Source of the DNA: Candidatus Hermodarchaeota archaeon
Lineage (GTDB): Archaea; Asgardarchaeota; Lokiarchaeia; Sigyniarchaeales; SOKP01
NCBI GenBank assembly: GCA_048885925.1
Contig: JBHLLG010000006.1
Coordinates: forward strand, 23,030-87,029
Direction: 5' to 3'
Length of the DNA: 64,000 nucleotides
Part shown: one piece after another, positions 38,885-50,000 of the stretch
Layout: every line of letters starts with the position of its first letter
How positions within the stretch are numbered: position 1 is the first letter of the stretch
Program-made: the position numbers and the translations under genes
The notes under the pieces: generated by a model
What the model was told of the DNA's origin: nothing
Database searches by the model: none
What the model saw: only the letters and a program-made list of their open reading frames with translations

Positions 38885-40830
38885 TTTGACTCCTCCGTAA
38901 TAATCGCATTATTTGGACAAATTTCTTCACATATACCACATCCTAAACATAAATTGGGATCTATATAGGCAACATTCTCTCTTTCAGCGATAGCAGGACA
39001 TCCATATTGATTATAACACAGACCACAATTATTACATACTTCTTTTTCAATACATCTTATTGCTTTGACTTGTCTTTTAAAAGATTTCTGAATACACTCG
39101 GCTTTAATAACAATTACATGTAAATTTTTACTTTTTAAAACATCAAATCCTTTTTCATAAATAAGATCTTTTAACTTTTCGGAATAATTTCCACCATTTA
39201 ACTCAGATTTCTTAATAACACTTACAATTGCTCCAGTACCTTGTAAAAAATTTTCTAAATCTATACTTTTTTTAAAAATCCCCTCTTTATAATAGCGAAC
39301 ATCACTCCCTGGATGGGGTTGTTGCCCTGTCATTCCGATCCAACCGTTATCTAATATTAAAACTAAAATTGGAGCTTGATTATGGATTCCATTAAGGAGC
39401 GCAGGAATTCCTGAATGAAAAAATGTACCATCTCCTATGATTGCAACATTTAAACTATCACTTGTCTGAGCAACTCCTTGAGCTAAAGCTATACTGGATC
39501 CCATACAATACTTAACATTCGCAAAATTAAATGGTGGTAAAGCAAGTAAAGTATAACAACCGATATCCTGATAAAAGTAAACTTCTTTCCCTATATCGGA
39601 TTTTAGTTTTTTAACAGCTTTTGTTAATGCATACCCCGTTGTCCTATGAGGACATCCAGCACATAATATAGGATTTCTTGGGACTGTATTATAAACTTTC
39701 TCATTAATTTGATTTAAATCTATCTTCGGCTTCAGATTAGTTATTTTCATCAATGCTAAAGTAACCTTGGTGGGATTCAGTTCTCCAACAAACGGTAGTA
39801 ATGATTTTTCTTTAGAATATGAAAAAGGATCCTTCCCATGAATTTTCACGTTAATAGATTTTTTTTGAGCGATAGCTAAAATCTCAGTTTCAAGAAAGGG
39901 ATCATTTTCTTCTACAACAAATACCTGTTTAAATTGTTTGAGAAAAGTTGCTATTTTTCTCGCGGGAATTGGATTTATAAAACCTATTTTGAGTATTGGT
40001 GCTTCAAGTTCAAGAAATTTCAGTGCTTCACATACATAACTATATGACACACCACTGGTGATTATTCCTAATTCATCTTTATTTCTTAAATGCTCATTTT
40101 CAATTCTGTTTAATGGGCTATTCTCAGATATTTTTAGTGCCTTCTTCATTCTATTATATATATGATCTTCTTTTAAATCTAAAAAATAAAGCCTTAACGC
40201 AATATTTACTTCTTTAGATAAATCAAACTGATCTTCAATCTCAGACTTTTTAAGTTCTCCAATTACTACATTACTCCTCGCATGAGACACCATAGTAACG
40301 GTTCTTAATATAACCGGTAGTTTTAATTCTCTTGAAATTTTAAAAGCTTCTCTGGTAAAATCTAAACATTCTTGGGGATCACCTGGCTCTAACGCAGGGA
40401 TTTTTAATAGTTTTAAATAATTCCTTGAATCCATTTCTACAGCACTTGAATGTTGTTGAGGATCATCGGCTATTACAATAACCATCGCTGAATTCTTGTT
40501 CTTTGGACGCGTCGTAGCTAGAGCAAATAATGGATCAGAAGCAACATTCAGACCTACATTCTTCATACCTACCATTGAAGTTGCTCCTCTAGAATATGCT
40601 GCACCTGCCACTTCAATAGCAACTTTTTCGTTAATACTACTTTCTACCCATTTCATCCCTACTTCTCTGAAAATCTCCATAAAATTTTCTCCAACTTCAG
40701 AGCTGGGTGTACCAGGATAATAAGTATAAACATCTATGCCACTTTCTAAAGCACCGCGAACAATTGCTTCATTTCCTAGTAAAAATTTCTCATCACCAGG
40801 ATTACCTTTAACAATTTTATTATAACTCAT
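38881..40830 (-). CDS. iorA: Indolepyruvate:ferredoxin oxidoreductase alpha subunit
   Basis: LGNEAIVRG, YPGTPSSE, LCAGCPH, GDGTFFHSG..N (TPP motif) and C-terminal 2x[4Fe-4S]. Confidence 0.93.
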   Translation of the reverse strand: MSYNKIVKGNPGDEKFLLGNEAIVRGALESGIDVYTYYPGTPSSEVGENFMEIFREVGMKWVESSINEKVAIEVAGAAYSRGATSMVGMKNVGLNVASDPLFALATTRPKNKNSAMVIVIADDPQQHSSAVEMDSRNYLKLLKIPALEPGDPQECLDFTREAFKISRELKLPVILRTVTMVSHARSNVVIGELKKSEIEDQFDLSKEVNIALRLYFLDLKEDHIYNRMKKALKISENSPLNRIENEHLRNKDELGIITSGVSYSYVCEALKFLELEAPILKIGFINPIPARKIATFLKQFKQVFVVEENDPFLETEILAIAQKKSINVKIHGKDPFSYSKEKSLLPFVGELNPTKVTLALMKITNLKPKIDLNQINEKVYNTVPRNPILCAGCPHRTTGYALTKAVKKLKSDIGKEVYFYQDIGCYTLLALPPFNFANVKYCMGSSIALAQGVAQTSDSLNVAIIGDGTFFHSGIPALLNGIHNQAPILVLILDNGWIGMTGQQPHPGSDVRYYKEGIFKKSIDLENFLQGTGAIVSVIKKSELNGGNYSEKLKDLIYEKGFDVLKSKNLHVIVIKAECIQKSFKRQVKAIRCIEKEVCNNCGLCYNQYGCPAIAERENVAYIDPNLCLGCGICEEICPNNAIITEESK

Positions 40831-40984
40831 TTTCTCTAAAGGATCAGATCAGAATTTGTATATATATTATCAAAAATTTGCCTTACAATTTATCTTTACA
40901 TAATTTTAAAATTTATTCATTTAAGGATTCAAATTTTATATCTTTCAAACTGAAAGAAGTTATCTATTTATTGTATTAATGTTT

Positions 40985-41941
40985 CTAATAGCAGTGTTTA
41001 GGAGCTAAGAATAGAGGATAGCGTGGTTGTAAATATTTTCTCAACTCATAACAAAGATGACATTCATTGACGAACTTTTGATTTACTTGAAATCCTTGTT
41101 TTTTAGCAATTTGTAATAATCCTATTGGTCCTTGCCTCCAAATGACTGATAAAACAGGATGCTTTTCGATATCATAATCTTGAATGATTTGAGTTAAAGG
41201 TTGATTGGTTGTATTCCCTATACAGATACCTAGACAAAGCGTAATATTTCCTTCACGATCAATCTCAATTGTCTTAGGATTTTCGAGATCTCCTTCAATC
41301 CAAAATGGAACGGGACATTTTCCAGACGGTAAATCTGGACTTGATTTTATATATTTTGTTAACTCAGCACCTCGCCCTTCAACATTCATCGTTAAGTGAT
41401 GATATTCAACTCCTTCTATCTTTCCCAATTTATCTAAATTTTGTTTGATAATTTTATTAAATTGATTCTCCGATGCGACGTTTTCTATAAAATAACTATC
41501 TAAAAATATTAAATCAAAACCAATCATCACTGCAGATTTAAGGGCATTTTTCACATATTCTATAGGAACAATCTCCTGATGAAATGAATCACAACTAAAA
41601 GTTATCGCAGTTAAACCAGCGTCTTTTAATCTTTTTAATTTCTTTTTAACTTTTCTTTCGTTTTTTGCAAAGAAACAGTTTGTTATAACACCTTTTCAAG
41701 GAATATCCATTTCATTTGCTTTCCTTATTATTTGCTCTAATGATTCGAAATATAAAAAAGGTTCACCCCCGTGGACCCAAACAGATTCGAGTGGAAAAAT
41801 CTTTATCAACTCTTCTAAATATTGGTATGTTTGTTTTGGTTTAATACAGCCAGTTCGATTTGGTGCCGCTTTATAACTACAATGGCGGCATTCTGCAGTA
41901 CATTTGAATGTTAAAAGAAAATCTACATGTTTGACTTTCAT
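40985..41941 (-). pseudogene. Radical SAM protein interrupted by one in-frame TGA (41696-41698)
   Basis: CTAECRHC and GGEP, then DIP*KGVITNCFFA..SCDSFHQE continuing in frame into the 40985..41554 ORF; 957 nt in total. Confidence 0.8.
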
Positions 41942-42043
41942 ATGATAAACACCCTAATTTTAAAATACGTTATGAATATATTAAATTTCTCTTTAGAACA
42001 ACTTTAATAAACTATTAAATAATATTTTGTTGAAAATATAACT

Positions 42044-43207
42044 ATGGATGCTTTTGATCGAATATGGACAGCATTAAATCTTGAAGAACCAGATAGAGTT
42101 CCAACCCATACCATTAATATTGATGGAAATGTGGCGGATCAAATTTTAGGAAAGCCAGAAAGAACCGCATTTGATATTTTCAATGAAATGGAAAAAGAAT
42201 ATCCAGATGATTGGGTTGAAAGAATTAATCAAATTCTTAATGATATTGAAATTTCGGTTTTTACAAAAGCTGTTTGGGCAGGATATGAGCTTGGTTTTGA
42301 TGGAGTTGGCATCCAATATATTCCATTTATCCTTGAAAGTCAGACTGAGATGACCGATATATTTGGAAAAAGACATAAAATACGAAACATAGATGGAAAT
42401 CCATATCCTGATTATTATGATGGATATATAAAGAATCGAAAAGATTGGGAAGAATATCTCAAACCAGATTTGAAGGAAGAATATAGAAAAGCTAAAAAAT
42501 TTTATAAAGGAGTCCTAAGGAAGTGTCGTGATATTAGAGATCAGATTTGCATTTTTGCTCAAAACGCGTTGACATCAATTTTCCCACCTGTTTGGCAAGG
42601 TATGGGAATGGCTTATTTTGCACGGGCTTTGAAAAATGATCCAAAATTAATTGAAGAACGTTTTCATTTTTCTACAAATTATACTTTAAATGTTTTTAAA
42701 GCATATTCAGACTGTGGAGCTAAGATTTTTCTTGAAGGTGGGGATATCGCACATAAAAGTGGTCCAATGATTAATCCAAAATACTTTAACAAATACGTTT
42801 TACCTTGCTACCAAGAAGTTTCGGAATCGATCCATCATTGGGGTGGAAAATATATTTTACATACTGATGGAGATATAACATCTCTTTTAGATTTTATAGT
42901 AGAATCTGGTTTTGATGGGCTTCAATGTCTTGAACTTCCCTATGTTGATCCTTATTATGTAAAAAAGAAGGTGGGAGACAAGCTATGCCTATCTGGAAAT
43001 ATAGATACAAGACATGTTCTAGTAGATGGTACTAAAGAAGAAGTTGAACAAGCAGTTAAAAATGCTATTAAAGCATTAGGATTGGGAGGAGGATTTATGT
43101 TATCTCCTGCAAATTTTCATCCAAGCATGTCCCCCAAACGATTAAAATGGATGATTCGAGCAGCAAATAAATTTGGAGTTTATCCCTTGAATCTTCCTGA
43201 AGTTTAG
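42044..43207 (+). CDS. Uroporphyrinogen decarboxylase / MtaA-like TIM-barrel family protein
   Basis: EEPDRVP, GDIAHKSGPMINP, HTDG, LSGNID and GGFMLSPAN. Confidence 0.85.
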   Translation: MDAFDRIWTALNLEEPDRVPTHTINIDGNVADQILGKPERTAFDIFNEMEKEYPDDWVERINQILNDIEISVFTKAVWAGYELGFDGVGIQYIPFILESQTEMTDIFGKRHKIRNIDGNPYPDYYDGYIKNRKDWEEYLKPDLKEEYRKAKKFYKGVLRKCRDIRDQICIFAQNALTSIFPPVWQGMGMAYFARALKNDPKLIEERFHFSTNYTLNVFKAYSDCGAKIFLEGGDIAHKSGPMINPKYFNKYVLPCYQEVSESIHHWGGKYILHTDGDITSLLDFIVESGFDGLQCLELPYVDPYYVKKKVGDKLCLSGNIDTRHVLVDGTKEEVEQAVKNAIKALGLGGGFMLSPANFHPSMSPKRLKWMIRAANKFGVYPLNLPEV

Positions 43208-43274
43208 TATAGTTATTATTTAACAATTAACTTAAAATAGTAAAATAAAAATCAAAGTCAAAAGTGAAAATAAA

Positions 43275-44612
43275 TTGGCTAGACCTAAAGTAGTTATACC
43301 AGAAAATGGAATACTTCCAGATGATGTTTTAAAAGAAATGGAAGAAATTAGTAGAGATGATATTAATTGGAGAGATGGTAAAGTATGGAGTCTAGTTTAT
43401 CATGCGAATGATGAACACTATGAAATGCTCAAAAAAGCATATACAATGTTTTTCTCAAAAAATGCTTTATCACCTATTGCTTTTCCAAGTTTAAAAAAGT
43501 TCGAAACAGAAGTAGTTTCCATGGCCGTAGATCTTTTTAATGGAGATAAAAGGTGTTGTGGAAGTATGACCTCCGGAGGAACAGAAAGTATTTTAATGGC
43601 TATAAAGACTTATAGAGATTGGGCTGAAGAGAAGTTTCCTAATATTAAAGAACCAGAAATGGTTTTACCTAGCTCTGCTCACCCTGCCTTCGATAAAGGA
43701 GCTGATTATTTTAAAGTAAAATCTATACGTGTGCCCGTAAATAATAAAACCCATCGAGCAGATATAGAAGCTATGGAGGACGCAATTACAAAAAATACAG
43801 TATTTCTTGTTGGATCAGCATGCGATTTTCCAAGGGGTATTGTAGATCCAATATCTGAATTAGGGGAAATCGCAAAAGAACGTAATATTGGGTTACATGT
43901 TGATGCATGCCTTGGAGGATTTATGCTTCCTTTTGTCAAGAAACTTGGTTATGAAGTTCCTAATTTCGATTTTTCTGTGCCTGGTGTAACATCTATCTCT
44001 GCTGATGTTCATAAATATGGTTATGGAGCTAAAGGTGCATCGACAATACTTTATAGGAAGGAACGAATTTGGAAACATCAATTTTCTGTGTATACTGATT
44101 GGTCAGGTGGAGTCTATATATCGCCATCTATGAGAGGAACGCGTCCAGGAGGTGCAATAGCAGCAGCATGGGCTGCTATGAAGCATTTAGGAATGGATGG
44201 ATATTTAAACCTGGCAAAAGTTGTTATGGATGCTTCAAGGAAATTAATTGATGGTATTATTCAAATTCCTGAACTATATATTATTGGAGAACCAGTTATG
44301 AGCGTTTTTTCTTTTACATCTGATAAGATTGATATCTATCATTTAGGAGACATTTTAGATAAGAAAGGGTGGCATTTAGATAGGATTCAATTTCCTAATG
44401 CATTGCATATGATGGTCAATCCACATCATGCTTCTGTAGTTGATATCTTCTTGAAAGATCTCAGGGAAGCTGTTAATGAGGTCATCAAAAATCCTGGAAA
44501 ATCTTCCGATGGAGATGCAGCTGTCTATGGTATGGTAGCTAGTTTACCTGATCGTGATAAAGTTAAAGATTACATTGTAAATTTCTTGAAAAGCCAATAT
44601 AAAATTAAATAA
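43275..44612 (+). CDS. PLP-dependent sphingosine-1-phosphate lyase-like enzyme (group II decarboxylase fold)
   Basis: TSGGTESI, AHPAFDKG, HVDACLGGF, SADVHKYGY and GTRPGG. Confidence 0.85.
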   Translation: MARPKVVIPENGILPDDVLKEMEEISRDDINWRDGKVWSLVYHANDEHYEMLKKAYTMFFSKNALSPIAFPSLKKFETEVVSMAVDLFNGDKRCCGSMTSGGTESILMAIKTYRDWAEEKFPNIKEPEMVLPSSAHPAFDKGADYFKVKSIRVPVNNKTHRADIEAMEDAITKNTVFLVGSACDFPRGIVDPISELGEIAKERNIGLHVDACLGGFMLPFVKKLGYEVPNFDFSVPGVTSISADVHKYGYGAKGASTILYRKERIWKHQFSVYTDWSGGVYISPSMRGTRPGGAIAAAWAAMKHLGMDGYLNLAKVVMDASRKLIDGIIQIPELYIIGEPVMSVFSFTSDKIDIYHLGDILDKKGWHLDRIQFPNALHMMVNPHHASVVDIFLKDLREAVNEVIKNPGKSSDGDAAVYGMVASLPDRDKVKDYIVNFLKSQYKIK

Positions 44613-44817
44613 TTCTAAAATTTTCTTTCTTATATTGTTTTATTTTTGCACAAAAACCAATCAATTTATGCAAAAAGATTAAATTTAAATATAATAATTT
44701 TTATAATTACATAAAAAGAGTCATTTTTATGCAAAAGAATCTAATAACTTTTTTAAAAAAAGAATGCTACAAATTAGATCTTAAAAAAAAGCTAAAAAGA
44801 CACATACAAATCCTTCA

Positions 44818-44845
44818 AGAGGATCTTGCAAAAGCGAGATCCTCT
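44818..44845 (+). promoter_or_regulatory. 12-bp hairpin in the leader of the MCP-like gene
   Basis: AGAGGATCTTGC-AAAA-GCGAGATCCTCT, with one G-U pair, in an otherwise very AT-rich spacer. Confidence 0.55.
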
Positions 44846-44878
44846 AAATTAAAACTTTAAGAGGTCAAATTAGTTAAT

Positions 44879-46045
44879 ATGTTAGAATTGAATGCTTTAG
44901 TATTTGAATATTCATTTATAGCTGTAGCAGCAGCAATAGTTTTTTCAATAGTTTGTATTAAAAGGCGAGATCTTTTAACATGGCTTCCGACTTATATCTT
45001 ACTTGCAGTTGGTTTCTTTTTAATTAATTTTGAAAATGTAGTGGAGGAATTATCTTTAATCTCCTATGTGTTTATAATGTTCTCTGTCATTAGCATTTTT
45101 ATTGCAGTTAGCAAAGAGTATTATGATACATTTTTAAAAAATAGCAAATTTAAGAGTCAATCAGTATTAGCTACAATGGCAATATTAGATGTAGTAATCA
45201 ACGGAATTCAAATAGTGCTACTAATATTACTTATAATTAGCTTATTTCTATTTATGCGAATATATAAAAAAAAACAAACCCCCACACATGCATTTTTAGG
45301 TATAGTAATAATAGCTGCAATAATAGTTGATTTTAATCAATTATATTCTTCATTGGGAGGAGAAACAATTGATAATTTTGGAGAAGGGATCATGATCGCT
45401 TTTGTTACAATTCTTCTAGTAACAGGATTAGTCGCATTAATTGAGTTAAGAATAACGAGGGTAACTAACACTTTAAACACAGTTCTTAATACAGCTTCAC
45501 AAACTAGTATTAATATTTCAAATATTGCAACCGAATTAGCCTCAAGTGCAAACGAAGTTAATACTGCCTCTGAAGAGATCTCAACCTCTACACAAGAAAT
45601 GGCAAGAACTACTCAAGAAGCCATGAAGTCATCAACAGAAATACAAAATATTATCAATTTAATCACCGATATCTCGGAGCAAACAAACTTATTGGCACTA
45701 AATGCGAGTATAGAAGCTGGAAGAGCAGGTGAAAATGGAAGGGGTTTTGCCGTAGTTGCTGATGAGGTTCGAAAATTGGCTGAAGATTCAAAAAGAGCGG
45801 TACTAAATACAGGACTAAAAGTTAATGAAATAATTAGTAAATTTAATCTAACTTTTCGTTCAATGGAAGGGATTAGTTCATCAACAGAACAGCAATCAGC
45901 TTCTATGCAAGAAATAACAGCAACAACTCAAAAACTCAGTTACTTAAGTGAAGAATTAAAAAGTTTATTTAAATTGACAAATGAAGATAAAAGTATTCAA
46001 CTAAATAATCACTTAAATCAGAAAAAAATCATAAATTTTAATTGA
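44879..46045 (+). CDS. Methyl-accepting chemotaxis-like protein with multi-TM sensor
   Basis: About 6 TM segments; [35 protein letters not shown] hairpin tip. Confidence 0.9.
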   Translation: MLELNALVFEYSFIAVAAAIVFSIVCIKRRDLLTWLPTYILLAVGFFLINFENVVEELSLISYVFIMFSVISIFIAVSKEYYDTFLKNSKFKSQSVLATMAILDVVINGIQIVLLILLIISLFLFMRIYKKKQTPTHAFLGIVIIAAIIVDFNQLYSSLGGETIDNFGEGIMIAFVTILLVTGLVALIELRITRVTNTLNTVLNTASQTSINISNIATELASSANEVNTASEEISTSTQEMARTTQEAMKSSTEIQNIINLITDISEQTNLLALNASIEAGRAGENGRGFAVVADEVRKLAEDSKRAVLNTGLKVNEIISKFNLTFRSMEGISSSTEQQSASMQEITATTQKLSYLSEELKSLFKLTNEDKSIQLNNHLNQKKIINFN

Positions 46046-46365
46046 ATTATCTTGATACTCAATTCGAAAAGAAGGCAACTAATATGTATGATTACTATGA
46101 TGAAATTTTAAATTTTTATCTACATTCTGCATCAGGAATAAAAGAAGATTCAATATGGATCAGTAAAATCTTAATTGAAATTTCTAATTATTATTTAACG
46201 CGAGTGACTGAAAATGAATATCTTAATTATTTGATTTTAATTCAGAACTTGTTTATGACCAATATCTCAGACTCACTATATCATAAAGGAAAAACAAGCA
46301 AATTGCTTAATCCTCTTGAAAGAGAAGAATACAAAAAAATCTTACGAGATGAGTTTTTAGTCTAA
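46042..46365 (+). CDS. Hypothetical protein
   Basis: 107-aa ORF overlapping the MCP stop codon by 4 nt. Confidence 0.6.
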   Translation: MNYLDTQFEKKATNMYDYYDEILNFYLHSASGIKEDSIWISKILIEISNYYLTRVTENEYLNYLILIQNLFMTNISDSLYHKGKTSKLLNPLEREEYKKILRDEFLV

Positions 46366-46465
46366 ATATTATTTCAAATCAATATGGAAAAACTTTCAAG
46401 AAATAAAATTTATAGTAAAAACTTGATTATTTGATAAATAAAAAAAATGAGATTAAAAAGGAAAT

Positions 46466-46942
46466 TTATTTTTTTATATTTCCCGTATTTTTAGCTGAAT
46501 TGTATGGTTTTTCGACTTTTGTTATAGCTTTTTTTAATCCTGGTGTTATTAAGATCATTATTCCACTCCCAATTGCTCCACCTAAAGCTCCAAATAAAAT
46601 CCCAAATAGAATTATCAAAATAAGAATGATGGCACCATAGCCTAATTCACCAAAGATTAATCCCGCAAATTGATCTAAATTTGTATAAAAGTTTTTTGCA
46701 ACCATTAGGTAAATTAAATAACTTATCCATACAATAAAAACTCCAAGTGCTCCACAATAGATACCTCGTCTCATGGTTTTATTAAAAAGACCTCCAACAA
46801 TACCAGGAATAATAATTAACTGCCATATTTCAGCATAAGTCAAAGCATATGTAATGAGGGCAACAATTATAAATGAAATTAGAAAATTTCTCGTTTCGGG
46901 CTTGATCTTGAATTCAGGTTTTTTGATCTTAATTTTTACCAC
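46466..46942 (-). CDS. Hypothetical membrane protein
   Basis: Gly-rich TM helices; overlaps the 3' end of the acylase gene. Confidence 0.75.
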   Translation of the reverse strand: MVKIKIKKPEFKIKPETRNFLISFIIVALITYALTYAEIWQLIIIPGIVGGLFNKTMRRGIYCGALGVFIVWISYLIYLMVAKNFYTNLDQFAGLIFGELGYGAIILILIILFGILFGALGGAIGSGIMILITPGLKKAITKVEKPYNSAKNTGNIKK

Positions 46943-49670
46943 CTCTCATTTTATTTCTAAGCTCCTGAATTTTTGAACGAATTAATTCTCTTTTATACCA
47001 TCCAACAACAACAACAACAATACCTACAGAAAAACCTACAATTAAATATGTTGTTAGAATAATAAGAAACTCAGGATCTTGATTATTAATGAAACGGATT
47101 TGAGATTCAATATGGCTTTCTGGGAAATCTTCCTTTTCATAGAAATAATTTCGATGATATTTACCTTGCAAAAATAATTCCTCAAGTTGATCAGAATAGT
47201 GTTTAGAATTTGATATTGCTCTTTGTCCAGAAGGGATAACACTCAATGAGTTCGTTAAATCACTAAAATCAACTATAAATCTTTCAGAAGCGCCACTTCG
47301 AGCATAACCTACCCCCCTACTCAAACTAACTCCTGAAGGATTAACTGTATTTCTTTCTCCATCTGCTTCATATGGCCCTCTATTAAAGCTATCAAATCCT
47401 GGAAGAAGGTGGGGAAAAACAAGTTGATGCATCTCACCCCATCTCCATGTAACAACATCATCCGTGCCATAAAAGTTTATAAGAAAATCCATTGTGGAAT
47501 TTAAAGCTTTTAGAATTATATCGGTTCTATTTTCTACTTCACCTGTATTAATATCGTCAAACCATTTTGACTCAGGATCATCACGAGTTAATTTTTCTAA
47601 AACATTTAAATCTGGTCTTATTGGAGCTCCAGCTGCCTCAAATTCATCATTAAAAGTATAATCTTCATAATAATCTAACCATTTGCGATAAATTGTTGGT
47701 GCAGCTAAATCCTTATCCATATCATAATTCCAATTTTTCAATTGAGTTAAGATATCCACAATTATTGAAGTTCTTTGAGAAGTAGGAAGTTCTTCCGTTG
47801 CATTAATAAGATAGGGAATAAAGGCTCTTGCAGTAGTAGATTTAACATCATTTTGTATCTCTTTCATTTTTTCAATGCCAACAGTTCCATCTGCTGAGTT
47901 ATTTAGTAATTCATTAATTCTTCGCGCCCGATAACCGCTATTATAATCATGTTGTAATGAATATTTTGTATAATTCGGGCCAACTACAATTTGATTTGCT
48001 GATGCTAAATAATGTTGGGATGAATTCTCAGTATGTGGTAATTCTTCAAATGGAACATAACCAATCCACTCACCTTCACCTTTCGATCCATTATAAGGCA
48101 ATGTTCCGTTACCTAAATGCCCTGGCGGAATTAAGCTGTCATCTCGTATAGGTACTAATCCAGTAGGTCTAATGGCAATAGTGCCATGAATATCTGCATA
48201 CACTTTATTCTGTGCAGGATTGTGGAAAAATTTTGATGATTGGTTAAATTCTACTCTATTTTTTGCATGACTATACCCATACAAGGCTAAAAACTCATAA
48301 GTTATATTGTTTCCGGTCCATTTGGGTGCTAAAACTATATTTGGTGTATCTAAGAAATTAGGAATAGCATCATCTAAAAAATCATTAAGAACGGGACCAT
48401 GAACTGTATCCTTGACTATGAATGTTTGAGATCCTTGATTCTTTACATTTATTGTATACGTTCTGGTTGTATATTCTGTGTCTACGCCATTATAAACATA
48501 ATGATTAGGATCTACTTCTTCATAATAATACCAATCCATAACGTCATAATTCACATTTGTATAACCCCATGCTAAATATTCATTATGACCCACTATAATC
48601 TCATTCACACCAGCGAGTGTAAAGCCATATACATTTAAACCCGTATTTTCAGCAATTAAATGGGCTTCATACCATATACCGGGCATGTTCCAAGCTAAAT
48701 GCATATCATTACATAAAATTGGTTTTCCAGTGCTACTTTTTACTCCGTCAACAACCCAATTATTAGAACCTAACGCATTTAGTTCTTTCAGATCCATTAA
48801 TGTTTTTTCTGATGGAATTTGCTCAACTTTATTGAGAAACTTAGAAATCGTCTGAATAATATTTGAACTGATCTTTAATGGACCACCATCATATAAGAGC
48901 TCTGAACTATCATTAAAACTACCATAATTAGGACATACTGGAATTTGGCCATAATTAGACATTGATATCAATTCAGTATAGTTTGTTTGACCTAAGGCAT
49001 CTAAAGTTTGTAATCTGTATAAATCGTCATAACCCCATGTAAGCATTTTACTCATATATTTATTAAAACATAATGTATCCAATGGTGTCCATTTAGTTGG
49101 TTTAAACCCCAAAATCGCATATTCTATAGGAAATTCATCTTGATGAGTATTGATATAATGATTTACTCCATCAGCATAAATATTCAGTAAATTGTACATA
49201 TTGTTTTCCCCTTCGTCCTGCATTCTAATAATGTCTTGAAGGGTTTTATTAGCCCAATATTCCATTCCCATAGCAAGGTTATATTTATCTTCTTCTAAAG
49301 CTAAATCACCCACAACTTCAGAAAGTTTTCCTCGAACATTCCTACGAGCTAAATCCATTTGAAATAATCGATCTTGGGCATGAACATATCCTAAAGCGAA
49401 GCTTAAATCTTCTTCAGTGGATGCATAGATATGTGGCACACCCCATTCATCACGATAAATTGTAACTGAGCTATTTAATCCTGGAAAATACACTTTTTCA
49501 TATTGTGGGACTTCTCCTGGAACATTCCATAATCCACTACCAGGAAAAAGTATGTTTCCGAGAGGTGCTATTATGCTTATCAGCGGAATTGAAAAAACTG
49601 TCATAACAATTACCGTTATAACTATTACAGTTGCCAATTTCACAATATTCTTTTTATCTGGAATTCTCAT
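46929..49670 (-). CDS. Penicillin acylase family Ntn-hydrolase, membrane anchored
   Basis: RDEWGVPHIYA, GYVHAQDRLFQMD, GSNNW (catalytic Ser), NDMHL and ASANQ; hydrophobic segments at both ends. Confidence 0.93.
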   Translation of the reverse strand: MRIPDKKNIVKLATVIVITVIVMTVFSIPLISIIAPLGNILFPGSGLWNVPGEVPQYEKVYFPGLNSSVTIYRDEWGVPHIYASTEEDLSFALGYVHAQDRLFQMDLARRNVRGKLSEVVGDLALEEDKYNLAMGMEYWANKTLQDIIRMQDEGENNMYNLLNIYADGVNHYINTHQDEFPIEYAILGFKPTKWTPLDTLCFNKYMSKMLTWGYDDLYRLQTLDALGQTNYTELISMSNYGQIPVCPNYGSFNDSSELLYDGGPLKISSNIIQTISKFLNKVEQIPSEKTLMDLKELNALGSNNWVVDGVKSSTGKPILCNDMHLAWNMPGIWYEAHLIAENTGLNVYGFTLAGVNEIIVGHNEYLAWGYTNVNYDVMDWYYYEEVDPNHYVYNGVDTEYTTRTYTINVKNQGSQTFIVKDTVHGPVLNDFLDDAIPNFLDTPNIVLAPKWTGNNITYEFLALYGYSHAKNRVEFNQSSKFFHNPAQNKVYADIHGTIAIRPTGLVPIRDDSLIPPGHLGNGTLPYNGSKGEGEWIGYVPFEELPHTENSSQHYLASANQIVVGPNYTKYSLQHDYNSGYRARRINELLNNSADGTVGIEKMKEIQNDVKSTTARAFIPYLINATEELPTSQRTSIIVDILTQLKNWNYDMDKDLAAPTIYRKWLDYYEDYTFNDEFEAAGAPIRPDLNVLEKLTRDDPESKWFDDINTGEVENRTDIILKALNSTMDFLINFYGTDDVVTWRWGEMHQLVFPHLLPGFDSFNRGPYEADGERNTVNPSGVSLSRGVGYARSGASERFIVDFSDLTNSLSVIPSGQRAISNSKHYSDQLEELFLQGKYHRNYFYEKEDFPESHIESQIRFINNQDPEFLIILTTYLIVGFSVGIVVVVVGWYKRELIRSKIQELRNKMRGGKN

Positions 49671-50000
49671 TTTTAAATATCAGCTTTATGACTTCTTTTA
49701 TTTTAGAAGAATTTATAATTACAATTCTAATCAAGATAATATAAAAAGTTTTATTCTTAATTTTAAAAAGTTAAACTATTTACTCATATCTCAAAAAAAT
49801 ACGCTTTTTTCTACTAATCCTATTTTCCTTTATATCTATTTCACCCATTACGTTTGAATCCCTCTATTTAACTATTAAAGCATTCTAAATTTATTAAGAT
49901 ACAATTGATTTTCATAATATATAAACTATTAATATTTATTTCGAATAAATCTTAAGAGAAAAAGTTATTTTAAGAAAAAAATTAGGAAGAATGAAAAAAA

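Noticed and set aside
40831-40984. SECIS element after the UGA-containing radical SAM gene
   Set aside because: An ATGA..AA..GA pattern exists on the minus strand, but I could find no convincing stem in this very AT-rich sequence.
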